Shown here in pieces: positions 1 to 8,695 of a stretch of DNA of 64,000 nucleotides. Under the pieces are notes generated by a model. The model saw only the letters and a program-made list of their open reading frames with translations, made no database searches and had not been told where the DNA came from. The stretch spans positions 906 through 64,905 of the forward strand of contig PSRA01000238.1 in the NCBI GenBank assembly GCA_003175695.1, given 5' to 3'. The translations under genes were made by a program, and so were the position numbers. Origin of the DNA: Bacteroidota bacterium (lineage in GTDB: Bacteria; Bacteroidota; Bacteroidia; Chitinophagales; Chitinophagaceae). Positions within the stretch are counted from its first letter, which is position 1, and every line of letters starts with the position of its first letter.

Positions 1-1
1 C

Positions 2-733
2 ATTGGCCACATCACGAAAGATGGAAGCATTGCGGGGCCCAAAATTCTCGAACACATGGTAGACACTGTTTTGCAATTTGAAGGTGATCGCCATTATGCA
101 TACAGAATACTGAGAACGCTAAAAAATCGTTTTGGAAGCACCTCGGAATTGGGCATTTATGAAATGACTGATGAGGGAATGAAAGCCGTTAGCAACCCCA
201 GCGAAATCCTGATTACTCAAAAAGAAGATCAATTAAGCGGCATTGCTATCGGCGCGACCATTGAAGGATTGCGACCCATCTTAATCGAAGTACAGGCACT
301 CGCTACCCAAGCCGTTTATGGCACACCTCAACGAACGGTAAGTGGATTTGACTTGAGAAGATTGCAGCTGCTTTTGGCCGTGCTCGAAAAAAGAGGTGGC
401 TTTCATTTCGGACTCAAAGATATCTTTCTCAACATCGCGGGCGGATTGAAAGTGGAGGATCCTTCCATCGACCTCGCAGTGCTCTGTGCCTTATTGAGTT
501 CTTACGAAGACTCACCTTTGCCACCCCATATTTGTTTTGCGGGTGAAGTAGGTTTAAGTGGTGAGATCAGAGCAGTAAATAGGATTGAACAGAGGATTGC
601 AGAGGCTGAGAAATTAGGTTTTCAAAAGATCATACTCTCAAAATACAATCAAAAGGGACTAAAGAATCAAAAATTCAATATAGAAGTGGTCAGTATGGGC
701 CGGGTAGATGAAGTCTACAAATATTTGTTCTGA
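2..733 (+). CDS. radA: DNA repair protein RadA/Sms (5'-truncated by window edge)
   Basis: Frame is open from base 2 (IGHITKDGSIAGPKILEHMVD). Contains the KNRFG motif and the C-terminal Lon-like domain with GEVGLSGEIR. Confidence 0.97.
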   Translation: MGHITKDGSIAGPKILEHMVDTVLQFEGDRHYAYRILRTLKNRFGSTSELGIYEMTDEGMKAVSNPSEILITQKEDQLSGIAIGATIEGLRPILIEVQALATQAVYGTPQRTVSGFDLRRLQLLLAVLEKRGGFHFGLKDIFLNIAGGLKVEDPSIDLAVLCALLSSYEDSPLPPHICFAGEVGLSGEIRAVNRIEQRIAEAEKLGFQKIILSKYNQKGLKNQKFNIEVVSMGRVDEVYKYLF

Positions 734-748
734 TTGGATTTTAATTAA

Positions 749-1413
749 ATGCGAAGGCAGGGAACTGTGAGCTATGAAGGTTGCAGACCTCATCAGTTTT
801 CCCTGCATGAAATAAAATGCCTGTATAGATTAGACCGGTTGCCGTACATAGATTTTCACTTATTCCCTGGGAATCCCGTAGAAAGGATCTTTAGGAAAGA
901 GCAACGGTGGAAGCTGCTACGAGCCAATTCTATTTCACGAAATATTCCAGCGTGCAGCTGGTTCTTCACCGGTTCAAATACAGATCAAAAAAAAGAAATC
1001 AGTATTTATTTTGGTTCCATGATGGGAAGGTCTCCTGCATCTATCTGAGCGGTTTCAATGCCTGGAACCTCCGGCGCCATTACCATATTTCCTTTCCGGA
1101 AAAAGAAAAGAGGCTGCAACCACGTAGCCGTATTAATTCAGAACATTTCTTCCGTTTTGCATATTCCGGCAATTTCCAGCGTTGTACTACGGAAAGAGCC
1201 GATAGCTAGGGGCATAAAACAGGAATTGAACGTTGGAATTATATCGGAGGTAAATTTGAATTGACGAATGAAGTGATTTTAAAGGAAAGCATATATTGTT
1301 AGTTGATGAAGTCATTGCCACTGGCGCAACTTCAGACGCTTGTATTCAATCGCTGATTGCCATACAAGATGTGCGCATGGAGTGTAGCACCGATAGCATT
1401 TACCAATTCCTAA
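749..1413 (+). pseudogene. comF: Degraded ComF-family amidophosphoribosyltransferase-like gene
   Basis: Fragments in different frames: LPYIDFHLFPGNPVERIF / QFYFTKYSSVQLVLHRFKY / KKKRGCNH (RGyNQ-like) / ERWNYIGGKF / KHILLVDEVIATGAT (PRT motif, 1290-1331). About five frameshifts plus a TGA at 1046-1048. Confidence 0.85.
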
Positions 1414-1477
1414 GTTTCGGCAAAGAAGATGGCAAGAGGGCAACCGGCATAATTTGAATCTTATTATTTTTGATGCA

Positions 1478-2881
1478 ATGAGCAAACGGCTTCTACTTGT
1501 TATTTCCATTATCCTCCTCATCCTTTCCTGTAAAAAAGATTCTTTCACTACAAGCAGTAGTGCAGCTATCGGCTTCTCCAGTGATACCTTATTTTTTGAC
1601 ACCGTGTTCACCACCACCGGCTCGGTTACAAAATTTGTCAAAATATCCAACCTCAACGACCAGAAAATAATGCTCTCGGGCATTAAGTTAATGGGAGGTG
1701 CGCAGTCTCCATTTAAACTAAATATAGATGGAGCAGCAGGCCCCTTTTCAACCAACAATGAGTTGCAAGCCAATGACAGCCTTTACATTTTTGTATCTGT
1801 GACCGTCAATCCAACTACTGCAAATTTGCCATTTATATTGCGCGACAGTATCCAGGTTTCTTATAATGGCAATACCAATTATATTCAGTTGCAAGCCTGG
1901 GGACAAAATGCCCATTTTTTGAAAAGCACGATTATTACGGGCAATGTCACTTGGCCAAACGATCTGCCGTACGTGATATTGGGAGGAATTGTAGTAGATA
2001 GCAACGCTACCCTTACGATTCAAAAAGGAGCGAAAATTCATTTGCATGCAGATGCGCCATTCCTGGTAGACGGAACCTTATTAGTCCAGGGAGAGAAAGA
2101 AGATAGTAGCCGGGTTTACTTTTTGAGTGACCGCCTGGATGATCCTTACAGTAATTATCCGGGCAGTTGGCCAGGAGTAATTTTCAGTACTTCCAGCAAA
2201 GACAATGTTTTTGAATATGCGGTCGTCCGCAATGCCTATCAGGGATTAATAGCCGAAGATGCTTCTACGGATACCAATCCTAAATTAACGCTGAATGAAT
2301 GCATTATCGACAATATTTATGATGTAGGAATCCTGGGAGTAAATACAAGTATCCGGGCAAGAAATTGCCTGGTAAGTAATTGTGGCAAAAACATCATATT
2401 GGGTTATGGTGGCAATTACGATTTTAGTGATTGCACGGTTGCGAGTTATTCAAACGAATTTATTCAACACCTGAACCCGGTAATTGCAATCAGCAATTAT
2501 ATATCGAATGGCAACTCCACTCAAACAGGTGATCTAAATGGTCAATTCACGAATTGTATCTTTTGGGGAGAGAACGGTACGGTTGATGACGAGTTGATCG
2601 TATCGAAAGCGAGCAGCAACACAGCATTCAGTGTAAATTTTTCAAATTGTTTGTGGAAGACAAAGAATTTTCCTCAGAATATCGATACTGCGGCCGTTAT
2701 TCTGAATGCAGATCCGCTTTTTCAAACTATCAACAATACAAAAAGAATTTACGACTTTCATCTTCAGAATGGCTCGCCGGCTATTGACCATGGCAAGGCA
2801 AATTCTATAGCAATCGATCTGGATGGCAACAGCCGTCCGGTGGGTGCTTTTCCGGATATTGGTTGTTACGAGTTTAGGTAA
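1478..2881 (+). CDS. Lipoprotein with probable right-handed beta-helix and C-terminal choice-of-anchor-Q-like segment
   Basis: Lipobox-like LILSC-KKD, N/T/S-rich beta repeats, C-terminal DFHLQNGSPAIDHG...DLDGNSR...PDIGCYE. ATG 1478 is preferred over TTG 1454. Confidence 0.7.
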   Translation: MSKRLLLVISIILLILSCKKDSFTTSSSAAIGFSSDTLFFDTVFTTTGSVTKFVKISNLNDQKIMLSGIKLMGGAQSPFKLNIDGAAGPFSTNNELQANDSLYIFVSVTVNPTTANLPFILRDSIQVSYNGNTNYIQLQAWGQNAHFLKSTIITGNVTWPNDLPYVILGGIVVDSNATLTIQKGAKIHLHADAPFLVDGTLLVQGEKEDSSRVYFLSDRLDDPYSNYPGSWPGVIFSTSSKDNVFEYAVVRNAYQGLIAEDASTDTNPKLTLNECIIDNIYDVGILGVNTSIRARNCLVSNCGKNIILGYGGNYDFSDCTVASYSNEFIQHLNPVIAISNYISNGNSTQTGDLNGQFTNCIFWGENGTVDDELIVSKASSNTAFSVNFSNCLWKTKNFPQNIDTAAVILNADPLFQTINNTKRIYDFHLQNGSPAIDHGKANSIAIDLDGNSRPVGAFPDIGCYEFR

Positions 2882-2883
2882 GA

Positions 2884-2995
2884 TTTTACGCAGAGACGCA
2901 AAATAGGCAAAGGCGCAAAAGGTAGCAGCGTGGCCGCCCGATTGTACCGTCCGGTACAGGCAGCCAGTCTGCTACCTTTGCCACTTTGGATGAAA
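2884..2995. repeat. REP-like palindromic repeat (CGCAAAG family), copy A, carrying a nested insert
   Basis: AAAGGTAGCAG (2918-2928) pairs with CTGCTACCTTT (2969-2979). Inner perfect hairpin TGTACCG-TC-CGGTACA (2943-2958). Shares GCAAAGGCGCAAA(A)GGTAGCAGCGTG with the copy at 25860. Confidence 0.85.
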
Positions 2996-3075
2996 TTTAA
3001 GCCGGAGGCAACTTTTCTAGTACAATCTTTGTATCATAACATTGATCATTTAACTTCAATTATAAATTTCATATC

Positions 3076-3591
3076 ATGTTACGTTCAGCCTTACTTGCAG
3101 TTTGTTTTCTGGCAGCAGCCAGCCTGTATGACTTTAAGGTCCCAGCTCTGACAGGCGGTGGTACAATCGATTTTTCTAAATACAAGGGAAAAAAGATCAT
3201 GATTGTCAATACCGCATCGAAATGCGGAAACACGCCTCAGTATGCTTCTTTAGAAAAATTATATGAAAAATATAAAGACAAATTGGTCATAGTGGGATTC
3301 CCCGCCAATAACTTCGGTCAGCAGGAGCCTGGCTCGAATGGCGAGATCCAGGAGTTTTGTAAAAAAAATTATGGAGTGACATTCCCCATGGCAGAAAAAG
3401 TTTCTGTAAAGGGCGACGATATTCACCCGTTATTCAAATGGCTCGTAAGCGAAGCTGAAAAGAAGGGATTCCAGGATCCGATCAAGTGGAATTTTACCAA
3501 ATTCTTGCTTGATGAAAATGGGAACCTTATTACAGTTATTAATAATAAGGTGGATCCTATGAGTGATGAAGTGACGAAGTATTTGAATTGA
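3076..3591 (+). CDS. Glutathione peroxidase family protein (Cys-type) with signal peptide
   Basis: IVNTASKCG, GFPANNFGQQEPG and WNFTKFL motifs; hydrophobic N-terminus. Confidence 0.95.
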   Translation: MLRSALLAVCFLAAASLYDFKVPALTGGGTIDFSKYKGKKIMIVNTASKCGNTPQYASLEKLYEKYKDKLVIVGFPANNFGQQEPGSNGEIQEFCKKNYGVTFPMAEKVSVKGDDIHPLFKWLVSEAEKKGFQDPIKWNFTKFLLDENGNLITVINNKVDPMSDEVTKYLN

Positions 3592-3619
3592 AAGAACGAA
3601 CTTGATCGTTTCGATTAAA

Positions 3620-3718
3620 TTTCACTCAAAGACAAAGGAGGCGAAGACGCCAGGATAGTTCCGCATGTGCAGCGATGTCTTGGCGCCTTTGCCTCCTTTT
3701 TTGCGTCTTTGCAGGAAA
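3620..3718. repeat. REP-like palindromic repeat (CGCAAAG family), copy B
   Basis: TTTCACTCAAAGACAAAGGAGGCGAAGACGCCAGGA ... TCTTGGCGCCTTTGCCTCCTTTTTTGCGTCTTTGCAGGAAA forms a long imperfect hairpin right after the GPx stop. Confidence 0.75.
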
Positions 3719-3750
3719 CTGAGTTTTTTATTTTTTAATGCATTAGGGAA

Positions 3751-3758
3751 TATATTTG
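3751..3758 (+). promoter_or_regulatory. Bacteroidota -7 promoter element (TATATTTG) 4 nt before the holB ATG
   Basis: Matches the TAnnTTTG consensus. Confidence 0.6.
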
Positions 3759-3762
3759 CCGG

Positions 3763-4971
3763 ATGTTATTTCGGGATATAATTGGACAAGATCCTATCAA
3801 ACATACACTCACAGCGCTGATTCGGCAAAACCGACTCAGTCATGCCCTGCTTTTCCTTGGTCCGGAAGGAAGCGGCGCACTTCCCCTGGCCCTCTCTTTT
3901 GCCCAATTTCTTGTTTGTGAAAAAAGAAATGATGTTGGAAAATCGGCCGCAGCATCCAATTCTTTATTTGGGGCGCCGGCACCAATAGATTCAATTGATC
4001 TTGCAATCGACGCATGTGGTTTCTGTCCTTCCTGCATCAAGGCGGCACAATTGATTCATCCCGATATTCATTTTTCTTACCCTGTGATACCAAAAAAACC
4101 AGGCGACAAACCCGTCAGCACCGATTTTATAGGCGAATGGCGGGAATTTATTCGTGAATTTCCATACGGAAATGTATTTGACTGGCTTCAATTCATTGGC
4201 GCAGAGAACAAACAGGGAAATATTACAGCATATGAGTGCAATGATATTATTCGAAAGCTTAGCCTGAAAAGTTTTGAAAGCGGATACAAGATCTTCATCA
4301 TGTGGATGCCTGAATACCTGGGCAATGAAGGAAATAAATTATTGAAACTAATCGAGGAACCACCGCCGGACACATTATTTATTTTAGTCGCGGAGAATGA
4401 ATCTTTTATTCTTCCGACGATCGTCTCAAGGACACAATTGGTAAAAATTCCCGCACTAGAAACAAAAGATATCGAGAAAGCCCTGGTCGATCGTGCAAAG
4501 ATTTCAGAAGAAAAGGCAAAACAAATTGCATCTTTCAGTCAGGATAATTATCGGGAGGCTTTGCAACTTCTTCAACATTCTGAAGAGGATTCGCAAGGTC
4601 TGTTGCGAGATTGGTTAAATGCGATGCTGAAAACCGGCCCAATTGCGCAGGTAAAATGGGTGGAGGAGATCAGCAGGATTGGGAGGGAAAAACAAAAGCA
4701 ATTCCTTCTTTATTTTATTCACCTGCTTGAGCAGGCCATCAGGGTTTCGATCCTGGGTAACGAACAAGTCAGTCTCTCGGAAAAAGAAGGCGATTTTGCC
4801 ATCCGGCTCAACAAGATAACAGACATGGCTGGCCAACAGGCCATTATTGAAGAGTTGAATAATGGAATTTATTATATCGAAAGGAATGCCAATGCCAAAA
4901 TGCTGTTTCATGCATTGACGATCAAGCTTTATCACATCATCGCTGATAAAAAGACCGTGATCGTTCACTAA
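3763..4971 (+). CDS. holB: DNA polymerase III subunit delta'
   Basis: HALLFLGPEGSG, zinc module C...CGFCPSC, HPDIH, NKLLKLIEEPP, LPTIVSRTQ. Confidence 0.93.
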   Translation: MLFRDIIGQDPIKHTLTALIRQNRLSHALLFLGPEGSGALPLALSFAQFLVCEKRNDVGKSAAASNSLFGAPAPIDSIDLAIDACGFCPSCIKAAQLIHPDIHFSYPVIPKKPGDKPVSTDFIGEWREFIREFPYGNVFDWLQFIGAENKQGNITAYECNDIIRKLSLKSFESGYKIFIMWMPEYLGNEGNKLLKLIEEPPPDTLFILVAENESFILPTIVSRTQLVKIPALETKDIEKALVDRAKISEEKAKQIASFSQDNYREALQLLQHSEEDSQGLLRDWLNAMLKTGPIAQVKWVEEISRIGREKQKQFLLYFIHLLEQAIRVSILGNEQVSLSEKEGDFAIRLNKITDMAGQQAIIEELNNGIYYIERNANAKMLFHALTIKLYHIIADKKTVIVH

Positions 4972-5000
4972 TTCTTCTAACTCTCTAAAATCGCGTTAGC

Positions 5001-5252
5001 ATGAATTATTCAACCCTTATTGGAACCTTGGGAGTGGCCATGTTATTACTTGCCTTTTTTTTGAATTTGTTTGGCTTGTTGTCGCAAAGAACCAGGATGT
5101 ATGTCTGGCTAAATATTGCAGGTGCTGGTTTATCCTGTATCGCATCCATGCTGATTCATTATTTACCCTTTGTGATCCTGGAAGGCGTGTGGTGTCTTGT
5201 TGCCATTACCGGCCTCCTCAGGGTGAAGAGAAGGGGCCAGGACCCGGTTTAG
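5001..5252 (+). CDS. Small membrane protein (CBU_0592-like)
   Basis: 83 aa with three hydrophobic segments; pattern IGTLGV...LLAF...Y..LN..GA...PF..LEGVW. Confidence 0.75.
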   Translation: MNYSTLIGTLGVAMLLLAFFLNLFGLLSQRTRMYVWLNIAGAGLSCIASMLIHYLPFVILEGVWCLVAITGLLRVKRRGQDPV

Positions 5253-5304
5253 CTCAACATCACACCTCCGGACCGTCTCCTTTCAGGATAACAGTCGTTT
5301 GTAC

Positions 5305-5312
5305 TATATTTG
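5305..5312 (+). promoter_or_regulatory. -7 promoter element (TATATTTG) upstream of a long ricT leader
   Basis: TAnnTTTG match about 295 nt before the ATG at 5607. Confidence 0.55.
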
Positions 5313-5606
5313 TCAATAGCCCCGGCTAAAACGCTAAATAACAGAGCGCCGCCGGGCAGTAAAGCGAAAATTGTGGGAATGTATGATCAACCGGTAAAAG
5401 AATCCATCTTGCGCAATCATATTTTATATCGTCTTCGTTCTGATTGCAAAAAAGCAATGATACACGCTAATAAACCGTCAATTGTTTTTGAAGAACTTGG
5501 TTTAAACAATACGGTTATTGAAGCCTGACATGTCAACTTAGCATAATGGTCTGAATATCGGTCTCATTACTTCTTCCACCATTCAATTTATTCTTAATAT
5601 AATAAT

Positions 5607-6764
5607 ATGGGATGTAGCAACTGTGGTGGTGCCAATGGCAAACCATCAGGCTGTAAGAGTAACGGAAGTTGTAGTACGGGGGGATGTAATCGGTTAAATG
5701 TGCATGATTGGCTTTCTAATTTGCCCATGAGCAATTCAGATGGCGATTGCCGTGTCATTGAAGTTAGTTTTAACAATGGAAGCCGAAAGGATTTCTATCG
5801 GAATACAACCACACATATTTTTGAAAAGGGCGATTGTGTAACGGTCGAAGGCGTTAGTGGTTTTGATGTTGGATGTGTTTCCCTTACAGGTGAAATTGTC
5901 CGACTTCAAATGAAGAAGAAGAATGTTGAGGAGAATAATCCTGATATGAAGAAGCTTCTTCGCAAAGCGAGTGACCGTGATTTAGAAATCATGCATCAAA
6001 ACAAATCAAGGGAAAAAGAAGCCCTTGTCAGGTCCAGGGCCATTGCGCGACAATTGAAGTTGGAAATGAAAATGTCCGAAGTTGAGATCCAGGCCGACGG
6101 AAGAAAAGCGACTTTTTTCTATATCGCGGATGACAGAGTCGATTTCCGTGAACTGATCAAAATATTTGCTTCAGAATTCAGGTTGAAAGTTGAAATGCGC
6201 CAGATAGGTGCGCGGCAGGAAGCTGGCAAAGTGGGAGGCATAGGAAGCTGCGGTAGGGAGTTATGCTGCAGTACCTGGTTGAGTGATTTCAAATCTGTCA
6301 ACACAACAGCGGCGAGATACCAGAACCTGTCTATCAACCAAAGCAAATTGAGTGGTCAATGTGGACGCTTGAAATGCTGCCTGAATTATGAATTGGATAC
6401 TTATTTAGACGCCCTTCAAAATTTCCCTGACAATGCAGAGACTTTGCAAGTAGCAAAAGGGACCGCGCTTCTTATTAAAAAAGATATATTCAAGAATTTA
6501 ATGTGGTATGTGCTGCCAGACAGCAACAAGCAATATCCCCTGAGTATTGAAGGAGTTAGAAAAATCAAAAAATTGAATGCTCAGAATATTGTTCCGGATG
6601 AACTCGAAGCAGCTGACGTTAGTAAGAGTAAGGCGAAAGAGGACGAGCATACGTTTGTGGATTTGACCGGCCAGATCAGTCTAAAAACACTCGAAAAAGC
6701 GGATAAGAAAAAAAAGCATCAGCAGAGATCTGCCCACCACCAGCGCAGGAACAAAAAGAAATAA
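5607..6764 (+). CDS. ricT: PSP1-domain / RicT (YaaT) family Fe-S protein
   Basis: RVDFRELIK, RQIGARQEA, GSCGRELCCS and KLSGQCGRLKCCLNYE motifs; Cys-rich N-terminus; lies downstream of holB. Confidence 0.88.
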   Translation: MGCSNCGGANGKPSGCKSNGSCSTGGCNRLNVHDWLSNLPMSNSDGDCRVIEVSFNNGSRKDFYRNTTTHIFEKGDCVTVEGVSGFDVGCVSLTGEIVRLQMKKKNVEENNPDMKKLLRKASDRDLEIMHQNKSREKEALVRSRAIARQLKLEMKMSEVEIQADGRKATFFYIADDRVDFRELIKIFASEFRLKVEMRQIGARQEAGKVGGIGSCGRELCCSTWLSDFKSVNTTAARYQNLSINQSKLSGQCGRLKCCLNYELDTYLDALQNFPDNAETLQVAKGTALLIKKDIFKNLMWYVLPDSNKQYPLSIEGVRKIKKLNAQNIVPDELEAADVSKSKAKEDEHTFVDLTGQISLKTLEKADKKKKHQQRSAHHQRRNKKK

Positions 6765-6993
6765 TTCCGGAGAAGCATTCACCCGTCTGGTTGACGAGAT
6801 CATAGGAATTATATGATGTTATGTTAAAGTTGTGTAACTGTAAGAAGCAGTTCTGAACAGCGATCTATCTTATTTGTATTATCATCGTTAAAAACCGCGA
6901 TAAGGGAGTTTGTAATCAGGCAGACATGAAAGAAAATCAGCCGATAAACCCAAATCTTTTTTTGTAAATTGCGTAATTCAAAAATCTATTAAA

Positions 6994-7749
6994 ATGGAAA
7001 CCTTTAGATCTGGAAATCCAGCGTTAAATGAAAAAGCTTTTCAAAATACAGTAGTTGTTCCTGGTGCCGAAACAATGACAGAAAGAGGAACAATGAATAA
7101 GTTTTTCTTCATATTCCTAATGATGATGGTGTCTTCTGCCTTTACCTGGAGGGCATTCAATGATGGAAAGAATGTTTTTCCATGGATGATAGGCGCCGCC
7201 ATCGCTGGATTTATAGTCGCAATGGTAATTTCATTCAAAAGAGAATGGGCACCTTATCTCACTCCGGCATATGGTTTACTCCAAGGTGTTTTTGTGGGAG
7301 GCATTTCTGCGGTATATAACAATGTGTTCCAAAAAACTGCCCCTGGAATCGTGATGCAAGCCGTGCTGCTGACATTTGGTGCAGTTATAGCGATGTATCT
7401 CTTATATCGCTTTCGTATCATCAAAGTCACTGAAAAATTCAGGTCAATTATTTTTATAGCTACCGGGGGTATCGCGATTTTTTATGTTCTCTCAATCGTT
7501 CTTCGGCTGTTCGGCATCGATATACCGTTCATCCATGAAGGAACAACGCTTGGGATTGTATTTTCCCTGGTTGTTATAGGAGTAGCGGCGCTGAATTTGT
7601 TGCTTGATTTTGATATGATTGAAAGAGGCTCAGCCATGGGAGCACCCAAATACATGGAATGGTTTGGTGCTTTTGGACTGCTTGTGACAATCGTATGGCT
7701 CTATCTTGAAATTCTTCGCTTACTGGGAAAGATGGCAAGCAGGAGATAA
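6994..7749 (+). CDS. Bax inhibitor-1/YccA family membrane protein
   Basis: About seven TM segments; N-terminal SGNPAL; LLLDFDMIE...APKYMEW...LLVTIVWLYLEILRLL. Confidence 0.9.
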   Translation: METFRSGNPALNEKAFQNTVVVPGAETMTERGTMNKFFFIFLMMMVSSAFTWRAFNDGKNVFPWMIGAAIAGFIVAMVISFKREWAPYLTPAYGLLQGVFVGGISAVYNNVFQKTAPGIVMQAVLLTFGAVIAMYLLYRFRIIKVTEKFRSIIFIATGGIAIFYVLSIVLRLFGIDIPFIHEGTTLGIVFSLVVIGVAALNLLLDFDMIERGSAMGAPKYMEWFGAFGLLVTIVWLYLEILRLLGKMASRR

Positions 7750-7804
7750 TGACTTGGTCGGGAGTCGAAAGCTTAAAATAGATTAAACAAATAAATTAAA
7801 TAAT

Positions 7805-7851
7805 AAATGCGGATGGATGCTTAACAAAAACATCGATCCGCATTTTCTTTT
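7805..7851. terminator. Probable bidirectional terminator between convergent genes
   Basis: AAATGCGGAT-G-GATG ... CATC-G-ATCCGCATTT stem, T-rich on the 3' side and A-rich on the 5' side. Confidence 0.6.
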
Positions 7852-7891
7852 GATGAGTCGGTACCCTGCCATTTTCTAGTCCCGACTCCGA

Positions 7892-8695
7892 CTAAAATCC
7901 GTCTCCATCCAGCAAATTCCCCAAACCTCCCAAAATGCTTCCCTCCTCCTTTCTTTGTCCAAATTGGGGACTGTATTGAATGATTCGACTTGCAAGACGG
8001 CTGATCGGTAATGATTGCAACCATACTTTTCCCGGACCTCTCATCAAAGCAAAAAATAAACCCTCACCTCCAAACATCCAGTTCTTAACTCCCTTGATAA
8101 ATTCGATATCGAAATCAACTGAAGGCGTGAAAGCTACCAGGCATCCTGTATCTACTTTAAGAATTTCCCCTGGTTGTAATTCCTTCTCCATAATATAACC
8201 ACCAGCATGGACAAACACTAACCCATCTCCATCCAACTTTTGCATAATAAATCCTTCACCACCAAAAATGCCGGTACCTAACCTGCGCTGAAAGGCAATG
8301 CCTATGCTGACACCTTTTGCTGCACAAAGAAATGCATCTTTCTGCGCTATAATTGTACCACCCAATTGTTGCAAATCCAAAGGAACGATTTTGCCCGTAT
8401 AAGGCGCGGCAAAACTCACTTTTTTCTTACCGCTCCCAACATTGGTGAATGCCGTCATGAAAAGGTTTTCCCCCACCAACACCCTTTTTCCTGCACTCAT
8501 TAATTTCCCCAATATGCCACTTTGCTGCACTTGCTGAGACCCATCGCCAAAAATTGTCTGCATGGCTATCCCATCTTCCATCATCATGAATCCACCGGGC
8601 TCACCGATCACCGTCTCATTAGGGTCCAATTCGATTTCCACGAATTGTAATTCTTCACCATAAATTTTGTAATCTATTTCATGATTATTTCTCAT
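7892..8695 (-). CDS. TIGR00266 / AIM24 family protein
   Basis: HEIDYKIYGEELQFVEIELDP, FGGEGFIMQ, VDTGCLVAF, GPGKVWLQSLP. Confidence 0.92.
   Translation of the reverse strand: MRNNHEIDYKIYGEELQFVEIELDPNETVIGEPGGFMMMEDGIAMQTIFGDGSQQVQQSGILGKLMSAGKRVLVGENLFMTAFTNVGSGKKKVSFAAPYTGKIVPLDLQQLGGTIIAQKDAFLCAAKGVSIGIAFQRRLGTGIFGGEGFIMQKLDGDGLVFVHAGGYIMEKELQPGEILKVDTGCLVAFTPSVDFDIEFIKGVKNWMFGGEGLFFALMRGPGKVWLQSLPISRLASRIIQYSPQFGQRKEEGSILGGLGNLLDGDGF

Noticed and set aside
749-1264. Three short overlapping ORFs (749-1048, 907-1209, 1058-1264) as separate small genes
   Set aside because: They are consecutive frameshifted fragments of one ComF-like sequence.
2930-3151. 73-aa ORF starting inside the repeat
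   Set aside because: It begins in the palindromic element and overlaps the GPx gene out of frame, with no protein features.
3223-3225. Selenocysteine in the glutathione peroxidase
   Set aside because: The active-site codon is TGC (Cys) and there is no in-frame TGA.
5310-5528. 72-aa ORF upstream of ricT
   Set aside because: Its TTG start lies inside the -7 promoter element and it has no recognisable motif. The region is better explained as a structured leader, though a peptide cannot be excluded.
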